Shown piece by piece: positions 27,944-37,492 of a stretch of DNA of 64,000 nt. A program made the position numbers and the translations under genes. The stretch comes from Nitrospinaceae bacterium. Its GTDB lineage: Bacteria > Nitrospinota > Nitrospinia > Nitrospinales > Nitrospinaceae. Where the stretch lies: assembly GCA_965237905.1 (NCBI GenBank), contig OZ250172.1, positions 2,656,001-2,720,000 on the forward strand, written 5' to 3'. How positions within the stretch are numbered: position 1 is the stretch's first letter; the number at the start of each line of letters is the position of its first letter. The notes under the pieces are model-generated. The model was not told the DNA's origin. It ran no database searches and was given only the letters and a program-made list of their open reading frames with translations.

Positions 27944-28978
27944 TTAGAACTGGGTGCTGTTTGCCAAAGTGGCTTTGGAGAGGGTGTGGCGGTTGATGAT
28001 GTAATCGGCGACGGCCATCAGGGCGTCTTTGTATTGCGGCGCGGGGAACGAAGTGGCTTGGATCGCCTCTTTCGCGCGGGCCATGTGTTTGTGGGCTTGA
28101 TGGAGCGTGTATTCCAGAGCCTTCCCCTCACGCATGCGGTCCAGAATATAATCCAACTCCTTGTGGGTCAGTTTGTCGTTCTGGATAAACCGTTCAATCT
28201 CTTTTTGCAACACAGTGTCCGAATGATGGTACAGGTAATGGAGCGGCAAGGTGACATGCCCTTCCTGAAAATCATTGCCCGCAGGTTTTCCCAATTGCTC
28301 CAGAGTACCGTCGTAATCCATGAGGTCGTCCATCAACTGGAATGCCATCCCGAAATGATCCCCGAAAGCCACCAGGGCATCTTCCTGCTCTTGATTTGCC
28401 CCCACGATCAAGCCTCCCAATCGGCAACTCAATGACAGGATCGACGCGGTTTTCCGGTAAATCACATCCATGCAGTGTTTTTCAGTGACATGAATATCCC
28501 GCGCATTGGAAAACTCCAGCAAGCCGCCCTCCACCAGAAGTTTGGCCGCCTTGGAGAAGGCTTTGAAAATAACGGGGTCGACATCATCGGAGAGCAGGGT
28601 CAGCGATTGCGCAATCAGGTAATCCCCGACCAGGATGCTGGCATCATTGCCCCATTTGGAATTGACGGTTTGCCGGCCGCGGCGGATGGTGGTTTCGTCC
28701 ACCACATCGTCATGCAGGAGAGTCGCGGCGTGGACATTTTCGATCACGCAACAGTGCTTAATAAGCTTTTCGTTCAACTCCATGCCGCACAGGCGGGCGC
28801 CGATGAGCATGAGCAGGGGCCGGATCCGCTTGCCTCCCGAACTCAGGATATACTCCCCGATTCCAGGAACGATCGGGATATCCGAGAGGAAATTGTCTTT
28901 CAGCGCCAGCTCGACCTTTTCCAGATCGGGTCGGAAGAGTTGGGTGACCTCTTTATAATTCATAGTAGAACTCTCCAT
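27944..28978 (-). CDS. ispB: Polyprenyl diphosphate synthase (IspB-like)
   Basis: GGKRIRP, LLHDDVVD..RRG, KTA, FQLMDD, GKPAGND. Confidence 0.85.
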   Translation of the reverse strand: MESSTMNYKEVTQLFRPDLEKVELALKDNFLSDIPIVPGIGEYILSSGGKRIRPLLMLIGARLCGMELNEKLIKHCCVIENVHAATLLHDDVVDETTIRRGRQTVNSKWGNDASILVGDYLIAQSLTLLSDDVDPVIFKAFSKAAKLLVEGGLLEFSNARDIHVTEKHCMDVIYRKTASILSLSCRLGGLIVGANQEQEDALVAFGDHFGMAFQLMDDLMDYDGTLEQLGKPAGNDFQEGHVTLPLHYLYHHSDTVLQKEIERFIQNDKLTHKELDYILDRMREGKALEYTLHQAHKHMARAKEAIQATSFPAPQYKDALMAVADYIINRHTLSKATLANSTQF

Positions 28979-29232
28979 GGGTGCCCCCTCTTTTGCGAAA
29001 ATGTTTGACCATGGGCTCCACAGGCGACCGGAACCAAGGTGGCGACTAGCCTTAATTCAACCACATTTTGGTCGCAAAGGTGTTACTAATATGGGAAAAT
29101 CGCTACTTTGTCAAGGGTTTTATAACCGGCAGCGGGTACCGGCAAACCCTTGTAAAATCAACTGATTATACACTATTTCAGAAGTTCTGGTACCCCCTGG
29201 ATGCCGCCGAAACCTTTGAATTTTATAATCCA

Positions 29233-30159
29233 ATGGAAACCACCCAAAAATCTGAAAATCCAGCAGTTTCTGTCATTATTCCTGCATTTAACCGGGCCTG
29301 GTGTCTGAAGAAGACTTTACAGTCCGTTTGGGGTCAAACTTTCAAAAATTTCGAGGTGATCGTGGTGGATGACGGTTCGACCGATGGCACTGCCACTTTG
29401 ATGCGTCAGTTTCCGCAGGTCCGGGTCCATCGCCGGGAGGATAACCAGGGCGTTTCCGCCGCCCGGAATCGGGGCACTCAGATGGCCCGGGGGAAGTGGA
29501 TCTGTTTTCTGGATTCGGATGACCAATGGCTCGAAAACAAACTGCAGGTGCAAGTGGATTGGATGCAGGCTCACCCCGAATGCCCGGCCTGCTACACCGA
29601 CGAAATCTGGATTCGCAACGGCGTCCGGGTGAACCCGAAAAACAAGCATCGCAAATATTCGGGTGATATTTTTCAGCACTGTCTACCCTTGTGTATCGTC
29701 AGTCCATCGTCCATCATGATGCGTGCCTCGGTGCTTGAAGCGATCGGTGGATTCGATACTGATCTTGCCGCCTGTGAGGATTACGATTTATGGTTGCGCC
29801 TGGCATCGCGTTACCCGGTGGATTTCATTCCCGAAAAACTTATCATTAAAACCGGTGGTCATGTCGACCAGTTGTCGCAAAAATTCCGGGGCATGGATCG
29901 CTTCCGTGTTTACGCTCTGGAAAAAATTTTGAAACAGAGTACCCTCAGTCCACAACAACGTACCTGGGTGCTGGAGGCTCTTATCGAAAAATGCTCGATT
30001 CTGCATGCCGGTTACAGCAACCGGGGCAAACATGAAGAAGCCCGACTCTATGAGCAGGCGGCTGAACAATACCGCCTACTGCTGGACCGGAAAGGGAACG
30101 AAGTGCGCGAGACTCAACCTTTTGAGAAAGAGATGCTACTGCATGCGTTGGAAGATTAA
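29233..30159 (+). CDS. Glycosyltransferase family 2
   Basis: SVIIPAFNR, VDDGSTD, SAARNRG, FLDSDD, EDYDLWLR. Confidence 0.9.
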   Translation: METTQKSENPAVSVIIPAFNRAWCLKKTLQSVWGQTFKNFEVIVVDDGSTDGTATLMRQFPQVRVHRREDNQGVSAARNRGTQMARGKWICFLDSDDQWLENKLQVQVDWMQAHPECPACYTDEIWIRNGVRVNPKNKHRKYSGDIFQHCLPLCIVSPSSIMMRASVLEAIGGFDTDLAACEDYDLWLRLASRYPVDFIPEKLIIKTGGHVDQLSQKFRGMDRFRVYALEKILKQSTLSPQQRTWVLEALIEKCSILHAGYSNRGKHEEARLYEQAAEQYRLLLDRKGNEVRETQPFEKEMLLHALED

Positions 30160-31288
30160 TCACGCATTGGCGTGGGTTTTGATTTTTATTTTCGGGTTGG
30201 TGTGCGGAGTCGTCGCCGCGGAAAAGCCACTGAAAACCGGAGAGGTGATTGCCAAAATCCGGAAGCAGTGTTACGCTATTCTTCAACAGGCCATGAAAAG
30301 CGAGGAGGCGTTTATCCGCAGTGGTGCCGCACGTGCAGTGGGGGAGTCGGAAGATCCCAACCTCATCCCGCTCCTCGAAAAAGGAACCCATGATTTTTAT
30401 CCCACCACCCGCCAGTTTGCCTTGCAGGGTATTTCCAACCTTTCCCGGAGTAAAGCCAAAATCCTCGGCCGCGAGCGGTTGGAGGATTCCAATATCTGGG
30501 TAAAAAGTACCGCGCTGGGTCTGCTGGCGGATTTGAACGATAAGGAATCCATTCCCACTATCCAACCCTTGCTCAAGGCGCCGGACCGGATGGTGCGCCT
30601 CGCTGCTGCGTATACTCTGGTTCGGTTGGGAGAGGAACAGTATTTTAGCGAACTGACCCGCGCAGTCAAAGGCGGAAATATCGTGCACCGCTTTCAGGTC
30701 ATCACCTACCTCGGTAAGATCGGCGATGAGGTTTCTCTACGCCAATTGAAAGATTTGTTGGAGTCCGACGAGGAGCAAGTGTTGTCCGCCAGTCTAAAGG
30801 CGCTCGGCGAGCGGGCGGACATGGAATTGTTCCGGCCTCTGGTGAAGCTGAGCCTTCACAGCAGTCCCACGGTGCGGCGCAACGCAGTACTGGCGTTCGG
30901 TTACCTTCCGCCCAACGCGGTAAAGAAGCAGGTGAAACTATTTTGCTCCGACCCCGACCCGCTGGTGCAACTTTCTGCCGCGCTTGCCATGCACCGGCTG
31001 AAGTCCGCCGAATGCAACGACGCCTTCGCGGAGTTGATGGGTCATAAGGATTTCGCCGTGCGCGCCTCCACCGCGCGCGTGCTGGGCAAGGTGGATATCC
31101 CTGACCGCACGCGTTTGTTGGCGAAAGCGTTGGGGGACCCCAAAGCACGTGTGCGCACCGCCGCTGTCCGCGCCTCCGGCCAGATGGGCGGGCCGGAAGG
31201 CTTTCAACTGCTGATCCAAATGCTCGACGACCCGCAGGAAGTCATTCGCGCTTACGCCGCCGGCAACCTTCTCAGGTTGATGAAATAA
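30143..31288 (+). CDS. Exported HEAT/PBS-lyase repeat protein
   Basis: Signal peptide; repeated D..VR..AA.ALG units. Confidence 0.8.
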   Translation: MRWKINHALAWVLIFIFGLVCGVVAAEKPLKTGEVIAKIRKQCYAILQQAMKSEEAFIRSGAARAVGESEDPNLIPLLEKGTHDFYPTTRQFALQGISNLSRSKAKILGRERLEDSNIWVKSTALGLLADLNDKESIPTIQPLLKAPDRMVRLAAAYTLVRLGEEQYFSELTRAVKGGNIVHRFQVITYLGKIGDEVSLRQLKDLLESDEEQVLSASLKALGERADMELFRPLVKLSLHSSPTVRRNAVLAFGYLPPNAVKKQVKLFCSDPDPLVQLSAALAMHRLKSAECNDAFAELMGHKDFAVRASTARVLGKVDIPDRTRLLAKALGDPKARVRTAAVRASGQMGGPEGFQLLIQMLDDPQEVIRAYAAGNLLRLMK

Positions 31289-31316
31289 CCGGACTACGTC
31301 CGGAGGAAGCTTTAAT

Positions 31317-31352
31317 CCTCCTCCCCTTACTAAGGGGAGGATACAGGTGGGG
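31317..31352. repeat. REP-like hairpin
   Basis: CTCCTCCCCTTACTAAGGGGAGGATACAGGTGGGG, near-identical to 17611-17645. Confidence 0.8.
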
Positions 31353-31362
31353 TTGTAGTGCA

Positions 31363-31719
31363 TTAAACAATTAACTCTATATCTGGGCCGGTAATTTGAT
31401 ACGACTCATAAGATTCATTGTTATCGAATACCTTGACAACACTTTGATCCGAGAAAACAATTTCTATATTTCCATTTCCATGATTCTCAACCCTGATTAT
31501 TTTTAACCCAATCAGTTGTAAAAGACTTGAGGCAGAATAAGGCAATTTTTTGGAGGTGATTAGGGATTTGCCATTTGAAATATGATCAAATTGGCATTCC
31601 AGATATATAGAAATATCTTTGTCAAAATTTAATTGAACCTGATAAACCCCAATCGCAACCTGACCCAGTTCTCTTTCAATTAAAAAGCTTAAATCAGTAT
31701 TTTTATCTAATCCGTGCAT
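31363..31719 (-). CDS. AT-rich hypothetical protein (DUF6188-like)
   Basis: 118 aa ending YESYQITGP..LIV; composition differs from flanks. Confidence 0.55.
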   Translation of the reverse strand: MHGLDKNTDLSFLIERELGQVAIGVYQVQLNFDKDISIYLECQFDHISNGKSLITSKKLPYSASSLLQLIGLKIIRVENHGNGNIEIVFSDQSVVKVFDNNESYESYQITGPDIELIV

Positions 31720-31730
31720 TGGTTTTAAAG

Positions 31731-33158
31731 CTAAGCCCTTCCGTATAGATCGTTGTAACGCTTGATGTCGTTTTCATCGAGAATGTCGCCGAGCTGGGTT
31801 TCGATGAGGATCAACAACTGCTTGCCGGGATTGGCCAGGCGGTGCTTCGCGCCTTTGGGGATAACGGTGGACTCGCGTGCCTTCAGAATAATTTTTTTAT
31901 CATCGCACTCCACCTCCGCTTTGCCGGAAACCACCAGCCAGTGTTCGGCGCGGTGCTTGTGCGATTGCAGGCTCAGGCTCTCGCCGGGCAGAACTTCGAT
32001 GCGCTTCAGCAGGTAGCCTTCGCGTTCGTCGAGCGTGGTGTAAGAGCCCCACGGCTTCTGCACGGTGGCGTGGAGTTTCGTTTCCGGACGTTGTTTATTT
32101 TTCAATTCCTCAACCAACTGCTTGACGTCCTGCGCCCGGTCCTTCGGGCAGATCAACAGGGCGTCCGGCGTATCCACCACGATCATGTCCTTGAGTCCCA
32201 CCGCGCCGATTATTCGTCCGTCCGCCTTGACGAGGGTGCCGGTGCAGTCGACCTGATACACGTCTTTTGACAATACGTTGCCGTCGCTGTCGGTTTTTGA
32301 GATGTCATCCAGCGCGCTCCACGCGCCAACGTCGTTCCACGGCATGGAAGTTGGCACTACCGCCGCATTTTGCGAGGGCTCCATCACCGCATAGTCGATG
32401 GAGATGGACGGCAGTGATGCGAAAATTTTCTTGCCCTTGTCGTCGAACACGCGGTAGGGAAATTTGCCTTTCGCGTTTTGGAGATGCTTCCCGATGCCTG
32501 CCAGCGGTTCGATCACCTTCGGCGCGTACTGTTGCAATTCTTTGCGGATGGCGAACACCGTCCATGCGAAGATGCCGCAGTTCCAGTAATATTTTTTCTG
32601 TTTCAGAAAATGCTCCGCCGTTTCGCGGTCGGGTTTTTCCGTGAACTGGCCGACCTCGAAGGCGTTGTCCAGCTTTTGCAGAGCGTCGCCTTTCAGGATA
32701 TAGCCATAGCCCGTTTCCGGGCGCGTCGGTTTCACGCCGAGGGTGACCAGATGGTTTTTCTCCGCCGCCGCCTCCGCCTGGCGCAGGGTGTCCTGGAACG
32801 CGTAGGAATCGCTCACCACGTGATCGGCGGGGAACACCGCCATGATTTCCTCCGGCTGGTCCTTGAAGAGTTCCGCCGCCAGAGCGACTGCCGGGGCGGT
32901 GTTGCGTCCAACAGGTTCGGCGATCAAATGGTCGGGTGAAAATCCATAGGATGCCAGTTGGCTGAGGGTTTGAAACGCGTGCTGTTCGTTGGTGATGATG
33001 TAAATTCGGTCGATTGGCGTCAACGGCAAAAGGCGCTCCACCGTCTGCTGGATGAGGCTTTGCTCGCCCGCGATATTGAGGAGTTGTTTGGGGTGGCTTT
33101 CCCGGCTGAGCGGCCAGAACCGCTCGCCACTGCCCCCGGCAAGAATGACACTGATCAT
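31731..33158 (-). CDS. manC: Mannose-1-phosphate guanylyltransferase/mannose-6-phosphate isomerase
   Basis: ILAGGSGERFWPLSR..PKQ, EPVGRNTAPA, FTEKP, SIDYAVME, cupin KPWG..LSLQSH.HRAEHW. Confidence 0.93.
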   Translation of the reverse strand: MISVILAGGSGERFWPLSRESHPKQLLNIAGEQSLIQQTVERLLPLTPIDRIYIITNEQHAFQTLSQLASYGFSPDHLIAEPVGRNTAPAVALAAELFKDQPEEIMAVFPADHVVSDSYAFQDTLRQAEAAAEKNHLVTLGVKPTRPETGYGYILKGDALQKLDNAFEVGQFTEKPDRETAEHFLKQKKYYWNCGIFAWTVFAIRKELQQYAPKVIEPLAGIGKHLQNAKGKFPYRVFDDKGKKIFASLPSISIDYAVMEPSQNAAVVPTSMPWNDVGAWSALDDISKTDSDGNVLSKDVYQVDCTGTLVKADGRIIGAVGLKDMIVVDTPDALLICPKDRAQDVKQLVEELKNKQRPETKLHATVQKPWGSYTTLDEREGYLLKRIEVLPGESLSLQSHKHRAEHWLVVSGKAEVECDDKKIILKARESTVIPKGAKHRLANPGKQLLILIETQLGDILDENDIKRYNDLYGRA

Positions 33159-33319
33159 GGAATAGGAAACGCTTGGGGTTGTCGATTAATTCCGGATTTC
33201 CCGAAATAGTGGCTTTCTAAAAGGGTAACACAGCTTTTTCTGAAATGTGAGGGATAACGATTCCGGGTAGAAGGAGAGGATATAAAGAAGAGGTTTGGGG
33301 CAATTTCAGGGTATGAAAA

Positions 33320-33553
33320 TTATTCCTCATCTTGATTTATGAGGTCTTTTGCTTCATTAATCAGTTTTTCCAGAATTTCCAAGGGGATACTTTTGGAGGC
33401 GCAACCATCATGGAATAATATGCGAAAGTCTCCGTTGTCAGATTTATAAATTCCTATCAATATTGTATCCTCTTCGTCCCATATTTCATAAAAAGGCAAC
33501 TCCAAGTTTATATCTGAGCATTTGACCAATTCATATTTTCCTATTTTTTTCAT
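33320..33553 (-). CDS. Small acidic AT-rich hypothetical protein
   Basis: 77-aa ORF in tandem with two other AT-rich genes. Confidence 0.55.
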   Translation of the reverse strand: MKKIGKYELVKCSDINLELPFYEIWDEEDTILIGIYKSDNGDFRILFHDGCASKSIPLEILEKLINEAKDLINQDEE

Positions 33554-33560
33554 AGTTTAT

Positions 33561-33782
33561 TTATTTAAAAATTGCAATGGTGGCGCGGGTTGAGTTTTTT
33601 GTCAGGATTTCGCGGTCTTCAAGATGAAGATGCTCCGGCGCTTTGCGAGTTATTAAATTCTGGCACAGTCCAATAAACTTCTCAAAGCCCTCTCTGGTGC
33701 CGTAAAGTGCAATTTCTCCATCCTGAAACCTGAATTCAATAGAACCATCTTTAAATTCAGGCTCTTTAAATTTTTGATTCAT
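33561..33782 (-). CDS. Putative Imm32-like immunity protein
   Basis: I.LYGTREG..F...EHLHL pattern recalled from Imm32; GAGG RBS. Confidence 0.5.
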   Translation of the reverse strand: MNQKFKEPEFKDGSIEFRFQDGEIALYGTREGFEKFIGLCQNLITRKAPEHLHLEDREILTKNSTRATIAIFK

Positions 33783-33809
33783 GGTTTTCCTCTTTTATTT
33801 TTATAATAA

Positions 33810-34601
33810 TTATTCATTAGTCGGAGAATTATATTTATCGAGTAATAGAACTACTCGATCATGTCCATATTCCTTCGCAAAATCCTTTGGAGTCATACCT
33901 TCATCATCTTTCAAGTTAGGGTCTGCCCCATTTTTCAAAAGGATTTCAGCCATTTCGTAATAACCATATGCACAAGCATTGTGTAGTGAGGTAGAGCCAT
34001 CAGAACGTATAAAGTTTACATCAGCGCCATTTTCAATGAGTAGTTCTGCCATTTTGGTATTCTCTTCTCCGACAGCTTGAGCTAGGGGGGTAAACCCGGA
34101 TTCATCTTTACTATCTATTTTGGCGCCAGTTTGAATCAAAAATTTCGCGACTTGGATATGCCCCTCTTGCGCGGCCCAATGCAATGGAGAGAATTCGTTT
34201 TCATTATAATCAATTATCCCATTTTTATTTGGATCTGCTCCTGCTTGAATTAGAAGTTGAATGACCTTTAAATGTCCGTGGGCAGATGCCAAGCAAAGGG
34301 GTGTGAAACGAGTTTCCTTGTGTGAAAAGTTCGCCCCATACTGGAGTAATACTTCCACCACTTTTTCGTATCCATTGGAGCAAGCATCCTCCAAGGGACG
34401 ATAACCATCAGAATTGCCGGCATTGATATCAGCACCTTTTTCACACAAAAATTTGACGGTTTCAACGTGGCCACTTCTTGAAGCCATGTGAAGGGGGGTG
34501 TCCTTATCTTTATCAGGCAAATTAATGTCGATTCCACGGTTTAACTGACTCACAATACTTTCAATGTCATTTTGGCAGGCGGCATTATGGATTTTTCTCA
34601 T
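33810..34601 (-). CDS. Ankyrin repeat protein
   Basis: Repeated TPLH.A..GH..V..L...GAD.N units. Confidence 0.92.
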   Translation of the reverse strand: MRKIHNAACQNDIESIVSQLNRGIDINLPDKDKDTPLHMASRSGHVETVKFLCEKGADINAGNSDGYRPLEDACSNGYEKVVEVLLQYGANFSHKETRFTPLCLASAHGHLKVIQLLIQAGADPNKNGIIDYNENEFSPLHWAAQEGHIQVAKFLIQTGAKIDSKDESGFTPLAQAVGEENTKMAELLIENGADVNFIRSDGSTSLHNACAYGYYEMAEILLKNGADPNLKDDEGMTPKDFAKEYGHDRVVLLLDKYNSPTNE

Positions 34602-34947
34602 AGTACTCTCATCGGTAGAATGAGGAAAATATATAACGACTAGTCCGGTCAGTCAATTTTTGGATCAAGGGAAGCGACGCGGTGCGGGTGCTGGGTGTGG
34701 AGCAATGTGCTGAAAATGTTAAAATAATTCCGGTTTTGGGTGGAAATTCGGCAACTAAATGCCGGTGAAACCATCTCAATGAGCAATAATAAATAATTCA
34801 GTCGGCGGACTAAAATGAGCTATACTGGCTCACTTTTACATAGCTGTGTCCCCCTTTCCTTCGGCAAGCTCAGGACAGGCTATTGGCTCAGGGTGACACC
34901 AATTTTAAAGAAGGGGAGGGGCAATCCCCCTCCGGTATTGAAGGTCT

Positions 34948-35673
34948 ATGGATAACGAGGTCGTCTATCTTTTTCTGATTTTTATTTTCGTCATCACCAT
35001 GGCGGGCGGGTGGATTCCTACCCTCAAACCCTGGTCGCAGAAAGCGTTCCGCATGCTCATCAGTTTTTGCGCGGGGATTCTGCTGGGGGCGGTGTTCTTC
35101 CACATGGTGCCGGAAATCTCTCCCATCCTCGGCAGGAAAATGGGCTTCCCGATCATGCTGGGGTTTCTAGGCATCTACGTGATGGAAAAATTCATCATGG
35201 TGCATCCCTGCGAGGAGGGGGCGTGCGACTATCACAAGATCGGCCTCGCCGCTTATGTCGGCATCGGATTCCACAGCATCCTGGATGGCGTGGCCATCGG
35301 CGCAGGCAATATGCTGAACATCAGTATGGTGATCCTGGTGGCGGTGACCATTCACAAGTTTCCGGCGGCGCTGGCGCTCAGCAGTATCCTGGTGAAGGGC
35401 GGCGAATATTCGCGGCAGAAAATTCTGATTTCCATGTTCATATTCGCGCTGGCGACTCCCATCGGCGCGTTGGTTTCCATGAATGTGATGGATGACCTCA
35501 GTCCCGATCCCATTGGATTTGCGCTGGGGATATCCGCGGGAACGTTCCTCTATATATCCATCGGCGATTTGTTGCCCACCGTCCATGAGGAGGACAAAAA
35601 GAAAAACCTGAATTTGATGCTCCTGTTTGTCGGAATACTGGTGATGTTTCTCTCCACGGGATTGGAGGGATAA
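34948..35673 (+). CDS. ZIP family metal transporter
   Basis: HSILDGVAIG, IHKFP, AGTFLYI. Confidence 0.88.
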   Translation: MDNEVVYLFLIFIFVITMAGGWIPTLKPWSQKAFRMLISFCAGILLGAVFFHMVPEISPILGRKMGFPIMLGFLGIYVMEKFIMVHPCEEGACDYHKIGLAAYVGIGFHSILDGVAIGAGNMLNISMVILVAVTIHKFPAALALSSILVKGGEYSRQKILISMFIFALATPIGALVSMNVMDDLSPDPIGFALGISAGTFLYISIGDLLPTVHEEDKKKNLNLMLLFVGILVMFLSTGLEG

Positions 35674-35707
35674 TCGTTTTCCGCGCTCCCTCCGGGCCAA
35701 TAGAATC

Positions 35708-37492
35708 ATGAAACGCATTCGAGCTTTTATTCCCTACCTGCTGGCCTATCGATGGGAAATATCGATAGGGATCATTGCTCTCCTGGCGACCGACCTCATC
35801 GGTCTGGCTATTCCCTGGATTCTTAAAAATTTCATCGACCTTCTGCCGCAGAAACCTTCCGGTTCCGAGTTGGCCTGGTATGCGGGATTGCTGTTTCTGG
35901 CGGCGATCGGACAAGGGGTTTCCCGATTCGGGTGGCGAAAATACCTGTTCGGCCCGTCCCGCAAAATCGAAGTCGATATTCTCAACAAATTATTCCTCCA
36001 TCTGCAATCCCTGGACAAAACATTTTTCCAGAATCAGAAAGTGGGCGACCTGATGTCGCGTGCCACCAACGACCTGCGCGCGGTGAAGGATTTTCTGGGG
36101 CTGGGCCTGCTGGTGGTTCTCGATGCGGTGGTGGTGATTATCGCCGCCGTGGGATTAATGATCACCATCAATCCACAGTTGACTTTCTATGCCTTATTGC
36201 CGCTCCCGTTGCTTTCGATTTTATTTTTTGGATTCATCAAAACGATCGGCGTTCGGCACACGGCGATTCAGGAGAACCTTGCGAAAATCACCTCCATGGT
36301 TCAGGAGAACCTGGCGGGGATTCGTGTTCTTCACGCCTTTGTTCAGGAAAAACACGAAATGAAACGGTTCGATGACTTGAACCGGGAACACATCGCCAAG
36401 AACATGGGCCTGGCAAAACTGTTCGGCATATTTACGCCTTCCCTGGTGCTGACGGTCGGTATTGCGGCGTTGATCACCTTATGGGTCGGCGGCAAGGAAG
36501 TCATCGCGCATCAGATGGCGATTCAATCGGGTGAGGTGGTGGAGAATGTGTTCTCCCTCGGTTCCTTTGTCGCCTTCAACGGATATTTGTTGATGTTGTC
36601 GTGGCCGATGATGGCTATCGGTTACGTCACCAACCTGACGCAGAAGGGCCTCGCCGCCATGGAACGTATTCAGGAAATTTTCGATTCCCGGTCGTCCCTG
36701 GTAAAGGAGGATTCCCCCACACCGACGGAACTCGTTGAGGGTGGAATCGAGTTTAAAGATTTGACGTTCAGTTATCCCGGTGAGCCCGATCCCGTACTGG
36801 AGCATATTAATTTGAAAATCGAACCGGGAAGTACGGTGGCCCTGATTGGAATGATCGGTTCCGGAAAAAGCTCGTTCGCGCAATTGATTCCCAGGGTATT
36901 TAACGCGGCGGGGGATTCGATTTTTATCGATGGCCAACCGATCCGGGAAATACCGCTGGACCGGCTACGTGGTCACATCGCTTTTGTGGATCAGGAACCG
37001 TTTTTGTTTTCGACCAGCATCCGCAACAACATCGCTGTGGGAAGGAGCGATGCGACGGATGAAGAAATCAAGGCCATGGTGCGTTGTGTCCATCTGACGC
37101 CGGATTTGGAGCGGTGGCCGCTGGGATTGGAAACGATGGTCGGTGAGCGCGGGGTTTCCCTTTCCGGCGGACAGAAACAGAGAATTGCCCTGGCACGCGC
37201 GTTGATCCGAAATCCAAAAATTCTGATTCTGGATGACGCCTTTTCCAGCCTTGATATCGAGACTGAGGCGATTATCTTGAGCAACATTCAGAAGATCACC
37301 CGGTCACTCACCACGATCCTTATCACGCATCGTTTAACGATCACCCGGCAGGTGGATCAAATTCTGGTGATGGAGCGCGGCCAGATTGTGGAACGCGGCA
37401 ATCATGAAATGCTGATGAAAAACGAAGGCCTGTATCAACGCATGTACAACAACCAGGCGTTGGCGAGGGAAATGGAGATTCTACTGCAATGA
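35708..37492 (+). CDS. ABC exporter subunit (TMD+NBD, MdlA-like)
   Basis: GMIGSGKS, LSGGQKQR, degenerate Walker B ILDD. Confidence 0.9.
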   Translation: MKRIRAFIPYLLAYRWEISIGIIALLATDLIGLAIPWILKNFIDLLPQKPSGSELAWYAGLLFLAAIGQGVSRFGWRKYLFGPSRKIEVDILNKLFLHLQSLDKTFFQNQKVGDLMSRATNDLRAVKDFLGLGLLVVLDAVVVIIAAVGLMITINPQLTFYALLPLPLLSILFFGFIKTIGVRHTAIQENLAKITSMVQENLAGIRVLHAFVQEKHEMKRFDDLNREHIAKNMGLAKLFGIFTPSLVLTVGIAALITLWVGGKEVIAHQMAIQSGEVVENVFSLGSFVAFNGYLLMLSWPMMAIGYVTNLTQKGLAAMERIQEIFDSRSSLVKEDSPTPTELVEGGIEFKDLTFSYPGEPDPVLEHINLKIEPGSTVALIGMIGSGKSSFAQLIPRVFNAAGDSIFIDGQPIREIPLDRLRGHIAFVDQEPFLFSTSIRNNIAVGRSDATDEEIKAMVRCVHLTPDLERWPLGLETMVGERGVSLSGGQKQRIALARALIRNPKILILDDAFSSLDIETEAIILSNIQKITRSLTTILITHRLTITRQVDQILVMERGQIVERGNHEMLMKNEGLYQRMYNNQALAREMEILLQ

